From positions 201,088 through 265,087 of the forward strand of contig JAZNIY010000008.1 of the NCBI GenBank assembly GCA_045577735.1: DNA of 64,000 nucleotides, in the 5' to 3' direction. The first letter of the stretch is position 1, and each line of letters starts with the position of its first letter. A program made the translations under genes and the position numbers. Positions 60,222-64,000 of this stretch are shown here, one piece after another. Origin of the DNA: Candidatus Stercoripulliclostridium sp. Its GTDB lineage: Bacteria > Bacillota > Clostridia > Christensenellales > DTU072. The notes beneath the pieces were generated by a model. It did no database searches. It worked only from the letters and a program-made list of their open reading frames with translations, and had not been told where the DNA came from.

Positions 60222-60297
60222 TTAAAAAGAGCAATTCAATTGCTCTTTTTTTTAACTCTATCTTGCACGCGCGTGTATTATGTGATAAAATACTAGT

Positions 60298-61197
60298 ATG
60301 AGTTTACGCGATCTATTGATGCGTGCCTACGTAAGCCGTAGGGAAAAATATGCCAACTCCGACGTTAAGTATGCGGGCGTGACGGTGGAAAGAAATATTA
60401 GGTATGGCGAAAGAAAAAGTCAGACCTTTTCGCTGTACAGAAGTTCCGAAAAACGCGCACCAACTTTTATATATTTTCACGGTGGAGCACTCGTTGGTAG
60501 AACGAAAAAGTGGCGTAAGGGCTTTTGTGTCGACGTCGCTAAACTTGGATTTGCCGTTCTTAACGTAGAGTACAAAGGCGAAGTAACGCTAGGTGCAAAA
60601 GAGTGCTTGGAAGAGGTGGAAAAATTGCTTCCATTCCTAGTGGAGCAGGGCAGTAGTCTTGCGCTTGACTTGGACAAACTCTTCATTGGCGGTGACGAGA
60701 TTGGAGCATATATTGCTTCATACCTTGCCATTAAGGCAGAAAAGTACGGTCTTAGGCCCTATGGTGTCACCCTCTTTTCCGGCTTTTATGATGCAGTATC
60801 CCACGCAAAGTCCAACTCCTACTATTCCACACAATACCACTTTATTAAAAAGTTCTTTAAGGTAGACCTCAAACTTGCCCAAGGCAATCGCGCCATTTCC
60901 GACCAACTAAACGAACTTAGCGTATCAAGAATGGTGGAAAGCGATTTTCCGCCCGTCTTTATTTGCCACTCGGTAAACGATGAATTTTTACCGGAGCAAG
61001 GGGAAATAATGGTAAAGGCACTAAAGCAAAAGGGTGTGTCGGTTTGGGAGTTTAGGGCCATTTCCGAAACACGATACCACAACTTCCATTTGAACCGTCG
61101 TTCCAAAGAGAACCAGTCGGTTATGGAATATCTTTCCACCTTCCTAGCAGAAGCTCTTGGTGGTGGCATATACAGAAACGAACATAGGGAGATTTAA
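60298..61197 (+). CDS. Alpha/beta hydrolase fold protein, probably non-catalytic
   Basis: HGG oxyanion motif; the nucleophile elbow reads GDEIG instead of GDSAG. Confidence 0.75.
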   Translation: MSLRDLLMRAYVSRREKYANSDVKYAGVTVERNIRYGERKSQTFSLYRSSEKRAPTFIYFHGGALVGRTKKWRKGFCVDVAKLGFAVLNVEYKGEVTLGAKECLEEVEKLLPFLVEQGSSLALDLDKLFIGGDEIGAYIASYLAIKAEKYGLRPYGVTLFSGFYDAVSHAKSNSYYSTQYHFIKKFFKVDLKLAQGNRAISDQLNELSVSRMVESDFPPVFICHSVNDEFLPEQGEIMVKALKQKGVSVWEFRAISETRYHNFHLNRRSKENQSVMEYLSTFLAEALGGGIYRNEHREI

Positions 61198-61198
61198 C

Positions 61199-63346
61199 AT
61201 GGAGACAAGATTAGATGCACATTTGGTTGCTAAAACCAACGGAAAAGGTAACCCAAAACAAGAATATATATCCAATAAGATTCGTGTTACCGTTATCGCA
61301 CCCGAACTTATAAGAGTGGAGTTTGACGACAGGAGCACTTTCCTTGATAGTGCTACGCAATCGGTGTGGTTCCGTGACCTTGGCGAATGTGAGTTTTCGC
61401 TAAGGTTCCTAGACAAGCACATTGCCGTTAAGACCACTAAAGCCGAGTATTTCATTAATCGCAAGAAGAAGAGAATAGATTACGTTATTATTGACGGCAA
61501 GAACGTAAAAGCAAACAACAAGGACAACTTGAAGGGCACCTATCGCACCTTGGATATGACTCGTGGATACGCTCCCTTGGGGCTTGGCATAATCGGTAGA
61601 AACGGCGTTGCAGTAATAGAGGACAACTCCCTAATTCTTGCCGAGGACGGCGAATGTAAGGCTCGTCCCGAGGAAAAGGACCTCTACTGCTTTGCGACAA
61701 AGGAGCCACAAAGGGCACTCGACCTATTCTACAAAATCACGGGTGCACCTCCCATGGTACCAAGATACGCGCTAGGTAACTGGTGGTCCCGTTATCGTGC
61801 CTATACTCAACAAGAATATCTTGACCTTATGAATAAATTCATAGCGCGCGAAATACCCTTTACCGTTGCTACCATAGACATGGACTGGCACTGGGTTGAC
61901 GTTGCAAAGCGTTTTGGATATACAACTTTCAAGGACAGTTACGTATGTCAACGCGGTTGGACGGGATACAGCTGGAATACCGAGCTCTTCCCCGACTACA
62001 AAGCCTTCCTCAAGGAGCTGAAGGACAAGAACTTGCACGTGACCGTAAACCTTCACCCTGCAAGTGGTGTTAGAAGTTTTGAAAACCAATACGAAGAGAT
62101 GTGCAAGGAAATGGGCGTGGAGCCTAACGGCGAGCCGGTAAGATTCGACTGCACCGATCCCAAGTTCTTAAACGCATACTTCAAAGTTTTGCACAAGCCC
62201 TATGAAAGGGATGGCGTGGACTTTTGGTGGATAGACTGGCAACAAGGCAAGTGGAGTAAGCTCCCGGGACTAGATCCCCTTTGGGCATGTAACCACTACC
62301 ACACCTTGGACAACGCCAAAAACGGCAAGCGCCCCTTGATACTTTCGAGATACGCAGGCATTGGCTCGCACCGTTACCCCTTGGGCTTTAGCGGTGACGC
62401 TTGCATAGTTTGGAAGTCCCTCGATTTCCAACCCTACTTTACCTATAACGCATCTAACGTGGGCTATACCCATTGGTCGCACGATATAGGTGGTCACCAT
62501 ATGGGCAATGCCGAGAACGACGAGCTATATCTTCGCTGGGTACAATTTGGCGTATTCACTCCCATAATGAGATTGCACAGTAACAATATGGTAATGAGCA
62601 AGGAGCCTTGGAACCATAAGACGGTAGAGGAAGAGGCAGTACAAGCCTTGCGCTTCCGTCACTCCTTTATACCTTACGTTTACACGGCGTACTACCAAAA
62701 CTACAAGCACTCCGTGCCCATTTGTAAGCCTTTGTATTACGACTATCCCGACCTTGACGAGGCGTACAAGGTCAAGAACCAATATATGTTTGGCGAGGGC
62801 TTGATGGTGTGCCCCATAACCAGCAAGTGGGACAAGAATGGTATCAGTAAACGCGACATTTGGCTACCCGAAGGCGTTTGGACGGATATCTTTACCGGCG
62901 AAGTATTGGGTGGAGGACACCACACTATCACTAGGGACAAGAAGTCCATTCCCGTTTACGCAAAAGAGGGCGCGATCATACCATTCCAAGACGTAGAAGG
63001 CAACTTTAGCGGTAACCCCAAGAACTTGGTTTTGAACGTATACAACTCCGGTGATGGCTCCTATGCCTTGTACGAGGACGATGGCGAGAGCACTTCCTAC
63101 CAAGAGGACAAGGGCGCGTTCACCAAGTTTGAATTAAAGGACAATACTTTTACTATAAATCCCGTTGAGGGCGATATATCTTTAGTGCCCGAAACACGCA
63201 CCTATACAGTCTGCTTCGAGTTCGATATTGACGAGAGCGAAGTGCTGATTAATGGTGAAAAGGTAGAGGCTCAAAAGGCGGAAAACACCCTAATCATAGA
63301 AGGAGTTAAGGCAACCGACAAGGTAGAAATAAGGATAAACCTATAA
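61199..63346 (+). CDS. GH31 glycoside hydrolase
   Basis: GNWWSRY, IDMDWH, WWIDWQQG, FSGD, WSHDIGG and LYEDDG motifs. Confidence 0.92.
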   Translation: METRLDAHLVAKTNGKGNPKQEYISNKIRVTVIAPELIRVEFDDRSTFLDSATQSVWFRDLGECEFSLRFLDKHIAVKTTKAEYFINRKKKRIDYVIIDGKNVKANNKDNLKGTYRTLDMTRGYAPLGLGIIGRNGVAVIEDNSLILAEDGECKARPEEKDLYCFATKEPQRALDLFYKITGAPPMVPRYALGNWWSRYRAYTQQEYLDLMNKFIAREIPFTVATIDMDWHWVDVAKRFGYTTFKDSYVCQRGWTGYSWNTELFPDYKAFLKELKDKNLHVTVNLHPASGVRSFENQYEEMCKEMGVEPNGEPVRFDCTDPKFLNAYFKVLHKPYERDGVDFWWIDWQQGKWSKLPGLDPLWACNHYHTLDNAKNGKRPLILSRYAGIGSHRYPLGFSGDACIVWKSLDFQPYFTYNASNVGYTHWSHDIGGHHMGNAENDELYLRWVQFGVFTPIMRLHSNNMVMSKEPWNHKTVEEEAVQALRFRHSFIPYVYTAYYQNYKHSVPICKPLYYDYPDLDEAYKVKNQYMFGEGLMVCPITSKWDKNGISKRDIWLPEGVWTDIFTGEVLGGGHHTITRDKKSIPVYAKEGAIIPFQDVEGNFSGNPKNLVLNVYNSGDGSYALYEDDGESTSYQEDKGAFTKFELKDNTFTINPVEGDISLVPETRTYTVCFEFDIDESEVLINGEKVEAQKAENTLIIEGVKATDKVEIRINL

Positions 63347-64000
63347 TGTTACCATCCCGCTTTTTCCCGGAGCGACTGGGGAAAGTCTACCAAAATTTAA
63401 AGAGCGCGCTGGATAACGGTCAACAAACGGCCGTTTTCTACACGGCGCAAAACGCAAGGTACCATCTCGCTAGCACAGCGGGACACTTCTTCGTGTACGT
63501 TACGCCCGATAGGTTGTCTGCAAGGCAGGCTGTAAGCATACTTAACGAGTACGCAGAAGGCAAGGTCGTACTCATTCCAGAGCGTGACGATTTGCTCATT
63601 AACACCACCGTAAATATTTCTCCCTCCATAGCTGACAGAACGCTCGCGCTTTCCGAAATTCTTTGTGGCGAAGCCGTTGGCGCGGTAATTTCTATAGATG
63701 GACTAATGCAATATTTTCCTGCACCCTCCCTTTTTGAAAAGAGCATAACCTACCTCGAAAGGGGTATGGAAATAGATATTGACCTTCTTGCTGAGCGGTT
63801 AATTCAAGGGGGCTACACCTATGCCGAGCAAGTGCTTTCTCCCGGCGAGTTTGGCCGTAGGGGTGACGTGTTTGACGTTTGGAGCACGGGGGCAGAGCTT
63901 CCAACCAGAGTGGAGTTCTTTGGTGATGAAATAGAGTCGCTTCGCACCTTTGCGCCCGAAACGATGCTTTCCGTTAGAGAATTGGAAAGTATAATTATAT
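63346..64000 (+). CDS. mfd: Transcription-repair coupling factor, 5' part (runs off the window)
   Basis: Not in the ORF track. ATG 63346 opens a frame containing GY...V..PGEFGRRGDVFDVW...PTRVEFFGDEIESLRTF, the UvrB-homology module. Confidence 0.85.
   Translation, partial: MLPSRFFPERLGKVYQNLKSALDNGQQTAVFYTAQNARYHLASTAGHFFVYVTPDRLSARQAVSILNEYAEGKVVLIPERDDLLINTTVNISPSIADRTLALSEILCGEAVGAVISIDGLMQYFPAPSLFEKSITYLERGMEIDIDLLAERLIQGGYTYAEQVLSPGEFGRRGDVFDVWSTGAELPTRVEFFGDEIESLRTFAPETMLSVRELESIII

Overview
A 64 kb chromosomal window, most likely from an anaerobic, spore-forming Bacillota (Clostridia-like) gut or rumen bacterium. The taxonomy is inferred from the sigmaA promoters, yyaC, CsoR operators and the S6:S18 leader; the genetic code appears standard. 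The right part is mostly core genes: apgM-alaS, secA-prfB-serS, ftsH, csoR with a P1B-ATPase, rpsF-ssb-rpsR, GH78, GH31 and a partial mfd. The left end holds a Cys/His-rich repeat protein and two phosphatases. The main feature is a ~20.8 kb accessory region (6.5-27.3 kb) hanging off the 3' end of tRNA-Ser(GCT). It is cut into three cargo modules by full and partial copies of one structured non-coding element that carries the tRNA 3'-end motif, and there is no integrase in view. Module A is a DpnII-type RM system with an inserted Mrr-like nuclease and an EEP-nuclease gene pair. Module B is fucose/HexNAc glycan catabolism. Module C is a Schlafen/AlbA_2 protein and an HNH nuclease fused to an apparently inactive P4/D5 primase-helicase. 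Other observations: a tRNA leader antisense to its own anticodon arm, prfB without its frameshift alongside near absence of TGA stops, promoter spacers made of alternating purine-pyrimidine tracts, and a second family of nested-hairpin repeats. All calls are by eye from motifs; no database searches were run.
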